In this document: piece by piece, positions 20,869-29,124 of the stretch | How the letters are laid out: every line of letters starts with the position of its first letter | Numbering within the stretch: the first letter of the stretch is position 1 | Origin: Candidatus Uhrbacteria bacterium | GTDB lineage: Bacteria; Patescibacteriota; Patescibacteriia; UBA9934 | Assembly (NCBI GenBank): GCA_943359525.1 | Contig: CALRHV010000001.1 | Coordinates: 82,195 to 146,194 of the forward strand | Reading direction: 5' to 3' | DNA length: 64,000 nt | Position numbers and translations under genes: made by a program | Notes under the pieces: generated by a model | Told to the model about the DNA's origin: nothing | Seen by the model: the letters and a program-made list of their open reading frames with translations, nothing else | The model's database searches: none

Positions 20869-21957
20869 TTAACACGAAATCACCCCACTGCCGATAAGCT
20901 CTTCGCCACGATAAAACGCAATAAACTGGCCGGGGGCAACGGCGCGTTGAGGTGAAGAGAAGTGAACCGCAAGCTCTAGAGATGGGGTCGGGTCTTGCTT
21001 TTGACGATTTTCGATCGTGCACTCCGCCAACGGCTGACGATAACGAATCCTCGCAAAGATCGGCTCACCGACCGCGCTGTCGATCGCACCGGGAATTGTT
21101 TCGCTGATATTCGTTGCGATCAGATCGGACCGGAACAATGCGGGATCGTCGGCGCCGACTGCAACAACAACCTCATTCGTTTCTGGCTTGCGATCAACAA
21201 CGTACAGCGGCGTGCCCCCACCGATGCCGAGGCCACCGCGTTGACCGATGGTATAGAACTCGAACCCGCGATGCTGACCGAGCACCCGTCCATCTGTCGT
21301 CACAATGTTGCCCTCGTGCGGCGTGATGCGCGCCTCGAGGAATTGCTGCATGTCTACTTGGCCGACGAAACAGATGCCTTGGCTGTCTTTCTTCTCGGCG
21401 ACCGAAAGTTTTTGCTCACGAGCGATTTCGCGTACGCGGGATTTCTGAAGATCGCCGATTGGAAAAAGCGATCGCTTCAACTGTTCTTGATTCAACTGAC
21501 ACAAGAAGTATGTTTGATCTTTTTTTTCATCGAGACCGACGAGAAGATGCGCGAGGCCTTCTGCGCCATCGGTTCTCCGCGCGTAATGACCGGTCGCGAT
21601 GAAATCGCAGCCGAGTGTATCGGCTTCTTTCAAAAAGAGATCGAACTTCATGTACTTGTTGCAGAGCACGTCCGGATTCGGTGTTCGTCCGGCTTTGTAT
21701 TCGTCGATCATGTATTCGTACACTTTTGATCGGTACTCTGCTTCAAAATCGAACGTATAAAATTTCAATCCAAGCTGACCAGCCACACGCATCGCATCGC
21801 GTCGCTCTCGTCGCCATTCGCATTCCTCGCCCTCATCATTCGTGCTCCAGTTCTTCATGAACCCGCCGATGACTTCATATCCTTGTTCCAACAACAAAAC
21901 GGCAGCAACACTGCTGTCCACGCCGCCAGACATTCCAAGGAGAACCTTGTTCGACAT
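20869..21957 (-). CDS. mnmA: tRNA-specific 2-thiouridylase
   Basis: PP-loop SGGVDSS, catalytic Cys residues, C-terminal MnmA domain; start taken at MSNKV. Confidence 0.9.
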   Translation of the reverse strand: MSNKVLLGMSGGVDSSVAAVLLLEQGYEVIGGFMKNWSTNDEGEECEWRRERRDAMRVAGQLGLKFYTFDFEAEYRSKVYEYMIDEYKAGRTPNPDVLCNKYMKFDLFLKEADTLGCDFIATGHYARRTDGAEGLAHLLVGLDEKKDQTYFLCQLNQEQLKRSLFPIGDLQKSRVREIAREQKLSVAEKKDSQGICFVGQVDMQQFLEARITPHEGNIVTTDGRVLGQHRGFEFYTIGQRGGLGIGGGTPLYVVDRKPETNEVVVAVGADDPALFRSDLIATNISETIPGAIDSAVGEPIFARIRYRQPLAECTIENRQKQDPTPSLELAVHFSSPQRAVAPGQFIAFYRGEELIGSGVISC

Positions 21958-21964
21958 ATCGTCA

Positions 21965-22690
21965 TTATCGCACAAACACCTCAAGCTCTGGTTCGGCGAT
22001 CGCAGTAATCCTTTCTTTCGTCACCGGCTGATCAAAGCTCAAGGAACGCGCCATGAGCGCAAGCGCAGTTGATCCGTTCGGCAACTGAATCGCCGCCCTC
22101 GCTCCGTATTTCATATCGCCAACAATCGGCGATCCGATGGACTGCATCGCCACGCGGATTTGGTGCGATCGACCAGTCTTTGGTTTCACCTCCATGAGCA
22201 CACGTCCGCCATCGAACTTCTTCATCACCGACCATCCGGTCTCGGCATACTGCGATCCCGCAACTTCGTGATCAAACGCCTTCGTTGTGTTGTTCGTCTC
22301 ATCTTTCACTAGCCACTGCTTTACAATTCCCGAATCGCCAACGGTGCGATCGGATGATTCGACGACCGCCCAATACACCTTCTCAACAGAATGCGTACGG
22401 AATTGATCGCTTAATCGTCCAGCTCCTTTGCTCGTTTTCCCAAACACCACCACTCCCCCAACCGGCCGGTCGAGGCGGTGAATAAGCCCAAGAAACACAT
22501 TCCCCGGCTTATCCTCGCGCTGCTTCAAAAAATACCGCACCTCGTTAATAAGCGTGGAATCCCCCGTATCGTCCGCCTGCACCAACATTCCGTGCGGCTT
22601 TTGCACAGCGATTATGTGATTGTCTTCGTAGAGGATTGGCACCATAGATTGTAAAATGTCACTGAATAGTCTAACATCCTCGAGCCCCAA
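21965..22690 (-). CDS. RluA-family pseudouridine synthase
   Basis: HRLDRPVGG catalytic-Asp motif; the start may instead be the internal MVPILYED at 22645. Confidence 0.75.
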   Translation of the reverse strand: MGLEDVRLFSDILQSMVPILYEDNHIIAVQKPHGMLVQADDTGDSTLINEVRYFLKQREDKPGNVFLGLIHRLDRPVGGVVVFGKTSKGAGRLSDQFRTHSVEKVYWAVVESSDRTVGDSGIVKQWLVKDETNNTTKAFDHEVAGSQYAETGWSVMKKFDGGRVLMEVKPKTGRSHQIRVAMQSIGSPIVGDMKYGARAAIQLPNGSTALALMARSLSFDQPVTKERITAIAEPELEVFVR

Positions 22691-22702
22691 GGAGAAATCT
22701 CA

Positions 22703-23281
22703 GTGCCCAAGATCCTCGCCCGTTCCGTCATCCCCGACCGTTTCATCCCCACCCATTGCGACAGGTGTGGCGCCCAGTGCCGTGATCGCATCGATTCCGA
22801 CGATTGGAACCAGTACGTCTGTAGCGCAAATCCTCGCCACGCGCGGTGGATTCAGTCTCCACCCGTGGCGTACGTCATCCTCATCGACGAATTCAGTAAC
22901 ACGTACATCGTGGAGCGTGGTATTCCCCCGGCAGTCGGTGGATGGTGCTTCCCCGGTGGATACGTGGACTACGGCGAAACGGCAGAGGAGACCATCGTCC
23001 ACGAAACGTTCGGCGAGGCCTGTATCCGCATCGGCGGCAAGAGAGCCATCTACCTAGGCCAATGGTTCGAGACTGGGCCGGGAGTAACGGTCATCGGGTT
23101 CCTTGTGCACATCCGGCGTGCAGACGCGAACTCCTTCGTCCCAAACACGGAAGCAACGAGCCGCATGGCTGTAAATTTTTGGGATATGGACCCAGAAACG
23201 CTCGCGTTCAACGGAAACCGACTCGCGCTAGCCGCCGCACGGAAAATCGTCCAGAGGGAAACCGCGTTCGAACATCCGTGA
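22703..23281 (+). CDS. NUDIX hydrolase with an N-terminal Cys4 zinc-ribbon
   Basis: CDRCGAQC...C.ANPRH ribbon, then a NUDIX box GGWCFPGGYVDYGETAEETIVHETFGEA in which the usual Arg is His. Confidence 0.6.
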   Translation: MPKILARSVIPDRFIPTHCDRCGAQCRDRIDSDDWNQYVCSANPRHARWIQSPPVAYVILIDEFSNTYIVERGIPPAVGGWCFPGGYVDYGETAEETIVHETFGEACIRIGGKRAIYLGQWFETGPGVTVIGFLVHIRRADANSFVPNTEATSRMAVNFWDMDPETLAFNGNRLALAAARKIVQRETAFEHP

Positions 23282-23405
23282 TCCCACATCAACGCACAAC
23301 ACACGCCGCCGCCCATCAGCACGATCTGATGGGCGGCGATGTCGTTTTTAAACGCAAAGCGCGCTGCGTCTCGGGCGTTCCCCGAATCGCAGCGCGCTCG
23401 TGTGG

Positions 23406-23921
23406 TCACTTGTTGTAGTGCAACTCGACCTCTGCCCAATCCTGGCGATGCGCACAAAGGTAGCAGCTCGTGCCGACCTCGTAATGCGCGCCGCAGGAAC
23501 AGGTCTCAAGGCTCTGCGCACGGATCTCGGAAAGGAGCTGTGGATCGACGTGGTGGCGCCCATCGCGGTCGAAGAAAATCGGCGGAGTCGTTTCCATGCC
23601 GAACACCCAGACTGCGGAGGGGGAGAGAACCCCGAACATGCTCGCGATCGGCGGAATACGCATCGCGTTCACAAGCATGAAAATGCCGTACCCCACTTCA
23701 TCAATCGGCTTTCCGTCGCCAATGAGTAGCACCACCTCGCGAAGCATCGGGATCTGCGCTCGTGGGAGCATTGAGCTCACCTTGGCGCTACCGTTACCCA
23801 CATCCATCACCAGACCAGCATGAACGACCAGCATTCCGTCACTCAACATACACACTCCCGTAAAGGCTTCGAGTTCTCTGCGTCCCCGGGATGGGGAACG
23901 AAAAGTATACACGAAAATCAA
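23406..23921 (-). CDS. hypothetical protein with a C-terminal zinc-ribbon
   Basis: 171 aa; C-terminal CSCGAHYEVGTSCYLC. Confidence 0.4.
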   Translation of the reverse strand: MIFVYTFRSPSRGRRELEAFTGVCMLSDGMLVVHAGLVMDVGNGSAKVSSMLPRAQIPMLREVVLLIGDGKPIDEVGYGIFMLVNAMRIPPIASMFGVLSPSAVWVFGMETTPPIFFDRDGRHHVDPQLLSEIRAQSLETCSCGAHYEVGTSCYLCAHRQDWAEVELHYNK

Positions 23922-23960
23922 AAAACCGCAACTATTTGGCTAATACTCGCGGCTTTTCTT

Positions 23961-26618
23961 TTAAAGCTCTGCGGCTTTTTCCACCGTTATCGTCCCGCCC
24001 TTATGGTAAATAACCGTATCGCGGCGGCCGACGTCGCCTTTTAAGATACGCTCGGCGATGAGGTTTTCCACTTTGTCCTGGAGTACACGGCGAAGTGGAC
24101 GCGCGCCGAACTTTGGATCATAGCCTTGGACGGAAAGCTCGTGCACTGCATCATCGTCGATCTGGAAATTGAGGCCCTTCGCCTTCAACCGCTCTTCGAT
24201 CTTGGCAACCATCAAGTACGTAATCGCTGCAACGTCGTCCTGTGTAAGCGGCGAGAACACAATCACGTCGTCAAAGCGGTTCAGGAATTCTGGACGATAC
24301 ACTTGGCGAAGCTGATCCTCCATGAGCTCCGATTTGATCACCGCGAGATCGGTCCCCTTCTGCACCTCGTCTTGAATAAACTGCGTTCCCGCGTTCGACG
24401 TGGCGATGAGAATGACGTTAGTGAAGTCGATTGTTCTGCCAAGGCCGTCGGTAAGTCGCCCGTCGTCCATTACCTGCAAGAAGAGGTTTAAGATATCGGA
24501 GTGTGCCTTTTCAAGCTCGTCGAGGAGCAATAACGTAAACGGTGTTTTGCGAATCGCTTCCGTAAGCAATCCCGCCTGACCGTTGCCGCCGATTAAGCGA
24601 GCGACGGATGCTTGATCCTGGTACTCGCTCATATCAAACCGCACCATCGCATTTTCGCTCCCGAAATATACTTCCGATGTGGTTTTCGCAAGCTCAGTTT
24701 TTCCCACACCTGTTGGTCCGAGGAAAAGGAAGTTCGCAATCGGTCTGCTGCCAGATCGCAGCTCCGTCCGAGCTCGGCGTAATGCAGATGACACAGATGT
24801 GATCGCAGCTTCCTGGCCAATGACGCGTTCGTGCAATCGAGATTCAAGCTGAAGAAGCTTTTGACCTTCATCTTGCGAGATCGATGTCACTGGAACTTTC
24901 GATTGTTCCGATACTCGTGCCGCAATGTCTTCACGCGTCACCCAAACCAATCCTTGCGTTCGCGGTCGTTTTCCCACATCAAGCGCAGCCTCGCGCGCCA
25001 CCGACAATGCCGACGTCGGTAACACGATGTCGTGCAAATATCGAGCAGCAAGATCAACACACGCCGCAACAGCGTGATATGTGAACACGACAGTATTCTG
25101 ATTTTCGATTCCGCCGATATGCGATTCGAGAATGCGAATCGCGAGGTTGCGATCTGGTTCGTCGATAGCGATGCGTTGTAACTTTGGTCCAAGGCTCGAT
25201 CGTTCCAGTTTCTCCGTGTATCCGCCAGGCGTTGCGGTTGCAATCACGAACGTGTAGCCCTTTTCGAGTTCACCAGCGAGAATCGATGAAAGATCGATCG
25301 AGCCGCCGATTCCAACGAGTTCGTGAATGTTTTCGATGACGAGGACGATGTTTCCGGATGCAGCAACCTCGGACAACGCGTACAAGAATCGTTCCTCGGC
25401 GCCGTTGCCACCTTCGGCGCTCACAATGTGCGAAACGTTCATCTTCAGCAATCGCTTATCCTTCAAAATATTCGGCACGCGTTCCTCTACCATAAGTTGA
25501 GCGAGCCCTTCAATAACCGCGCCTTTTCCAACGCCCGGGCTCCCAACAAGCACGACGCTCTGGCTTCCACCTTCAATCGATCGCAAAAGCGCCTTCATCT
25601 CCATGTCGCGATCAACACAAAATTCCGATCGGCCATACACGGCGTTCTTCGTGAGATCATCCGTGACATTGTTGAGGAATGGTGTTGCGACGGCGGTGTA
25701 TGCACGATCCATGTTTCCCGTTGGCTTGAATCCTGCAGCTTTGCGGAAATCTTGATATCGACGGTGCAGCGCATCTTGAATACGTAGCCAAGCGATGGTG
25801 TTCATTGTTGCATCGCGATCTGCACCAACGGCGAACATCACTTCTTGAAGAAAAGGGTCTGCGTCGTACGCGGCAGCGAAACATTCGAGACCGGAAACGT
25901 GTTGGGTACCGAGTGTTGCCGCACTGAAGAATGCGTCGCGTACGATTCCGATCGCCGCAGCTCCGAACGATGTCTCTCCCGTTGGCAGCGGCGCCATTTT
26001 GCGACGAAGCGGATCGATCACCGACGACATGCTGATGCCAAGACGCGCGAAGAGCACGCGAACATCGCGGTCCGCAGTTGATGCGGCAAAAATGTGCATC
26101 GCCGTCACTTCCGTGTGATTCGATTTCTTGGCGAGTGCAAAGGCTTCTTCAAGGAGTGAAACCGATTCTAAGGATAGCGCACAAAAGATTCCGTGCTTCT
26201 GGCTCGCGGCACCGAGTGAAGGAACTGACGTTTTCTCTGGAGCTCCGTTTTGCGCCTTTGGGATAGCGATTGTCGCATCTGCCATCGCTCGCGTTTTGTA
26301 CCAAACGAAACACAAGGAAAGAATGCCAAACCAGAATGCGAAAAGATCGCCATGCGGCGTGAGCCAGAAATCGGAATCAAGAACATCAGATGCGTGCATC
26401 GTCAAAATTCCGATCACGAAAAGCGCAAAAGAAACCACCGCGGCACCAACACCAATCCAACGGAACGTCTTCGCAATGCTGTGCATGCGTTTTCGATACG
26501 CAATCGCATCGTCGTCCATCACGCCGTCCCAATACCAAAATGTTCCATCGATGAGTACACCCGGAATACCAGACGTTTGCACCTCGCCTTCGTGAATGAG
26601 GGAAAGATCAAGGCTCAT
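23961..26618 (-). CDS. Clp/Hsp100-family AAA+ ATPase (ClpC/ClpA-like) with a two-helix transmembrane N-terminal extension
   Basis: Two Walker A sites (GSPGVGKGA, GPTGVGKTE), Clp_N-like repeats and a sensor-2 region; the first ~150 aa hold two hydrophobic helices; start taken at MSLDL (26618). Confidence 0.8.
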   Translation of the reverse strand: MSLDLSLIHEGEVQTSGIPGVLIDGTFWYWDGVMDDDAIAYRKRMHSIAKTFRWIGVGAAVVSFALFVIGILTMHASDVLDSDFWLTPHGDLFAFWFGILSLCFVWYKTRAMADATIAIPKAQNGAPEKTSVPSLGAASQKHGIFCALSLESVSLLEEAFALAKKSNHTEVTAMHIFAASTADRDVRVLFARLGISMSSVIDPLRRKMAPLPTGETSFGAAAIGIVRDAFFSAATLGTQHVSGLECFAAAYDADPFLQEVMFAVGADRDATMNTIAWLRIQDALHRRYQDFRKAAGFKPTGNMDRAYTAVATPFLNNVTDDLTKNAVYGRSEFCVDRDMEMKALLRSIEGGSQSVVLVGSPGVGKGAVIEGLAQLMVEERVPNILKDKRLLKMNVSHIVSAEGGNGAEERFLYALSEVAASGNIVLVIENIHELVGIGGSIDLSSILAGELEKGYTFVIATATPGGYTEKLERSSLGPKLQRIAIDEPDRNLAIRILESHIGGIENQNTVVFTYHAVAACVDLAARYLHDIVLPTSALSVAREAALDVGKRPRTQGLVWVTREDIAARVSEQSKVPVTSISQDEGQKLLQLESRLHERVIGQEAAITSVSSALRRARTELRSGSRPIANFLFLGPTGVGKTELAKTTSEVYFGSENAMVRFDMSEYQDQASVARLIGGNGQAGLLTEAIRKTPFTLLLLDELEKAHSDILNLFLQVMDDGRLTDGLGRTIDFTNVILIATSNAGTQFIQDEVQKGTDLAVIKSELMEDQLRQVYRPEFLNRFDDVIVFSPLTQDDVAAITYLMVAKIEERLKAKGLNFQIDDDAVHELSVQGYDPKFGARPLRRVLQDKVENLIAERILKGDVGRRDTVIYHKGGTITVEKAAEL

Positions 26619-26992
26619 AGCGCAAGAAGTGATGTGGCGTGAAACAGTATGAATGCAATCGTCATTGCCGGGAGCGCCACGTACAGTGCGAACATGCAAA
26701 ACACAATGAACGCAACGATGATCGTCACGAATCCCCGTCCAACCACGTTCACCAAGCGCATGAACACGCTAATAATTCTGCTCTGCCAGTCGTATCTGCC
26801 GAACATCGGAACAAAGATATTCTTCGCCCACGTCATCACGCCAAGGCTTCGTGCGTAGCCTTGAATGAATTCCATGGCGTACGTTGCAGCATGAAGCAAG
26901 CCTTTCCCATACCACCATGCGGGGAAACGCAAAACATCACCGCTCAACTCCCAAAGCAATCCTGCCGCATTTCCTCCTTGTGCGCCTTGCAT
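26615..26992 (-). CDS. hypothetical membrane protein
   Basis: 125 aa; two TM helices; 4-nt overlap with the Clp gene start. Confidence 0.45.
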   Translation of the reverse strand: MQGAQGGNAAGLLWELSGDVLRFPAWWYGKGLLHAATYAMEFIQGYARSLGVMTWAKNIFVPMFGRYDWQSRIISVFMRLVNVVGRGFVTIIVAFIVFCMFALYVALPAMTIAFILFHATSLLAL

Positions 26993-27016
26993 ATTCGCTA
27001 TTGTAACACCTCGTGC

Positions 27017-27385
27017 CTATTTCATCCCGATGTATGCGCTTGCATCCTTGTCGAGAAGAAGAACCAAGGAGATAATTGGCAACAATGAAAGTATTCCGCC
27101 GCCAGCCACAATCTGGACGATGAGCGATACGAATGCTGCTGTTGCCCAATTTTCCTTTCGAACGTTAATCGCATTCAACACAATCCACGGTAAGCCGACT
27201 GTAACCACGACCGCGACAAGAAAAAGAAGAACACCAAGGATGATTGGGATCAATGGAAGCGAGTCCGCCTCTGACATGAGGAAGAAGACGGCGAACAGCG
27301 CTCCGATCGCTAAAAAGAACAACGGAATCACCATCTGAACAATCGTCAGCGTTCGCACGATGCTGATGCGTTTCGCAAGGGTCAT
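27017..27385 (-). CDS. hypothetical polytopic membrane protein
   Basis: 122 aa; 3-4 TM helices. Confidence 0.45.
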   Translation of the reverse strand: MTLAKRISIVRTLTIVQMVIPLFFLAIGALFAVFFLMSEADSLPLIPIILGVLLFLVAVVVTVGLPWIVLNAINVRKENWATAAFVSLIVQIVAGGGILSLLPIISLVLLLDKDASAYIGMK

Positions 27386-27388
27386 ATG

Positions 27389-27796
27389 CTAGTCCTTTTT
27401 AAAACTCACTTTAAATACTGGAGCCCATTTGACGTTCATGTCGTCCACGATCTCAACTGGAAGCTGCTGTACGTACATGTTTAACGCGATGTCTGCTAAC
27501 AAAATTGTATCAGATTGTATATCGATTTTTAATTCCTCGATCTTTCCAGTATCTGCATCTCGTCCACGAGCCTCATTCTCAATACTCTTCTTCTCTGCCT
27601 TCAACGTTTCAATCTTCTCCAAAATCTCCATGTAATGCGCGTTATTCCGCAATTCATCCTGGAACGACCGCACCATTTCCCGCTTTTCCTTCTTCTTCTT
27701 TGTCAGTCGAGCGTGAACGTCCTGGAGCTTTGGCATAGATGGTAGAACTTCCTCCTTTGGTCGATTTTGGGCTTGCACCATCGAAAACTTTTTCAA
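27389..27796 (-). CDS. hypothetical coiled-coil protein
   Basis: 135 aa; Lys/Glu-rich heptad-like sequence. Confidence 0.4.
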   Translation of the reverse strand: MKKFSMVQAQNRPKEEVLPSMPKLQDVHARLTKKKKEKREMVRSFQDELRNNAHYMEILEKIETLKAEKKSIENEARGRDADTGKIEELKIDIQSDTILLADIALNMYVQQLPVEIVDDMNVKWAPVFKVSFKKD

Positions 27797-27907
27797 CGTA
27801 CCATGAAGTACGTCTCAAAAGCTTTTCTCGTTGCGCACCCAAACTCGCCTCAAATGAGAAAGTTCTAATAAATTCTTAATTTCGGTTCCAATATCGTACC
27901 ACGACGG

Positions 27908-28114
27908 CTACTCAATGAAACGGAATCGCGGGATCGATTCACCATTGACCGTCACACTTTCCGCAAACATCGCTGCTGGACGAATCCACAAGCTCGGTTC
28001 GCCGTCGAGATGCTTGTAGACGACGTATTCCTCAAGAGATTCAGAATGTTTTGCAACACCAATCACATCGTACCGCCCGCCCTTGTAGTGAATGTAGATT
28101 CCGGGGGTGATCAT
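27908..28114 (-). CDS. DUF1653-family small protein
   Basis: 68 aa; GIYIHYKGGRYDV...EEYVVYK pattern. Confidence 0.55.
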   Translation of the reverse strand: MITPGIYIHYKGGRYDVIGVAKHSESLEEYVVYKHLDGEPSLWIRPAAMFAESVTVNGESIPRFRFIE

Positions 28115-28130
28115 ATCCTGTTATTTTTCA

Positions 28131-28219
28131 GTCATCCCCGCGGCCTGTCCCCCGGAGGGGGAAGGCGGGGATCCATCATTCCGAACGATCTGGATCCCCG
28201 CCTACGCGGGGATGACCAG
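28131..28219. repeat. composite of two GTCATCCCCGCG...GGGGATCC hairpin repeats (family i)
   Basis: GTCATCCCCGCGGCC-[CCCCCGGAGGGGG]-GGCGGGGATCC, then CTGGATCCCCGCCTACGCGGGGATGACCAG. Confidence 0.8.
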
Positions 28220-28238
28220 ACGGAACAAGAGATCTCGT

Positions 28239-28685
28239 CTACTTCTGAACATTGATCGTAATATCTCGCGTCATTGGCTGGACGATTTTCATGCTCGCAA
28301 TGACGTGATCCCAATATGGCGTTTCGAGATTTTCATAACGATACACGCTAACGGCGTTGCCCTCTAAAACAAAACTCATCTCCGGTGTTGGCTGATCGTT
28401 TTCCGTTGTTGGACAAATAAGACTCATCCACTTTGCGTCGGTTCCTAAGCGACACGTTGACGGAATTTCGAAACTCACAATCCCACCAATCGTCACCGTT
28501 TGCCACGCTGTTACACTCGGAACTTCGGCGCCAATCGGCATTTCAACATCTTCATTCACGCCTACCAAATATTGAGAAGCATAAAACGCAATCGTCCCCG
28601 CAGAAACCGTCAGCACAGCACCGAGGAAGATTCCCACCCATGTCGAAGAGCGCTTTTGCATATATGAATAGAGTAGCACAATCAT
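28239..28685 (-). CDS. hypothetical signal-anchored protein
   Basis: 148 aa; N-terminal TM helix. Confidence 0.4.
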   Translation of the reverse strand: MIVLLYSYMQKRSSTWVGIFLGAVLTVSAGTIAFYASQYLVGVNEDVEMPIGAEVPSVTAWQTVTIGGIVSFEIPSTCRLGTDAKWMSLICPTTENDQPTPEMSFVLEGNAVSVYRYENLETPYWDHVIASMKIVQPMTRDITINVQK

Positions 28686-28688
28686 GGA

Positions 28689-29075
28689 TTATCGAACTCT
28701 TTGTCGGTCGTAGCCAAACCGCGCCTCATCGATCAGTTCGATTCGTGTTGGGCGAAGAACGTACCATTGATGATCTTCGAGGACGACGAAATCTTCGGCG
28801 GGCGCTGGCTTGTTTTGCTTTCGGAAATATCGAAGAGCGACCTCACGCGGCACGGAATCGATCGCCTTAGCCTTTCCACTCATCTGTACGCCAGAATCTG
28901 AGTCGCCAGGACGTTGCGTTGCAGTAATCGCCGCCGCCACATTCGGATTCGCTTCAATTGCCATGGAGTGCCGCCGATCAGCTGTGCTCATCCAATAGAT
29001 ATTGAACTCGTCGTCATGAGCAAAGATAACATCCGCGACCCAAACGCCTTGTTCATCGGAAACGCCCAGGGACAT
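28689..29075 (-). CDS. pyridoxamine 5'-phosphate oxidase-like (FMN-binding split-barrel) family protein
   Basis: Family-like pattern (IYWMS..., RYFRKQN, LRPTRIEL); start trimmed to avoid overlapping secA. Confidence 0.4.
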   Translation of the reverse strand: MSLGVSDEQGVWVADVIFAHDDEFNIYWMSTADRRHSMAIEANPNVAAAITATQRPGDSDSGVQMSGKAKAIDSVPREVALRYFRKQNKPAPAEDFVVLEDHQWYVLRPTRIELIDEARFGYDRQRVR

Positions 29076-29124
29076 GAGGTAGGAGGCGGAGAGAGCTTCG
29101 CGAGTCAAGTCAAGGAGATCCACA

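Noticed and set aside
20036-20872. 278-aa plus-strand ORF
   Set aside because: Extremely Arg-rich antisense-type translation in GC-rich DNA; the opposite-strand ORF 20141..20848 is more protein-like.
23339-23680. 113-aa plus-strand ORF
   Set aside because: Arg-rich antisense of the Zn-ribbon protein gene 23406..23921 (-).
28132-28314. 60-aa ORF on minus strand
   Set aside because: Composed almost entirely of family (i) hairpin-repeat DNA.
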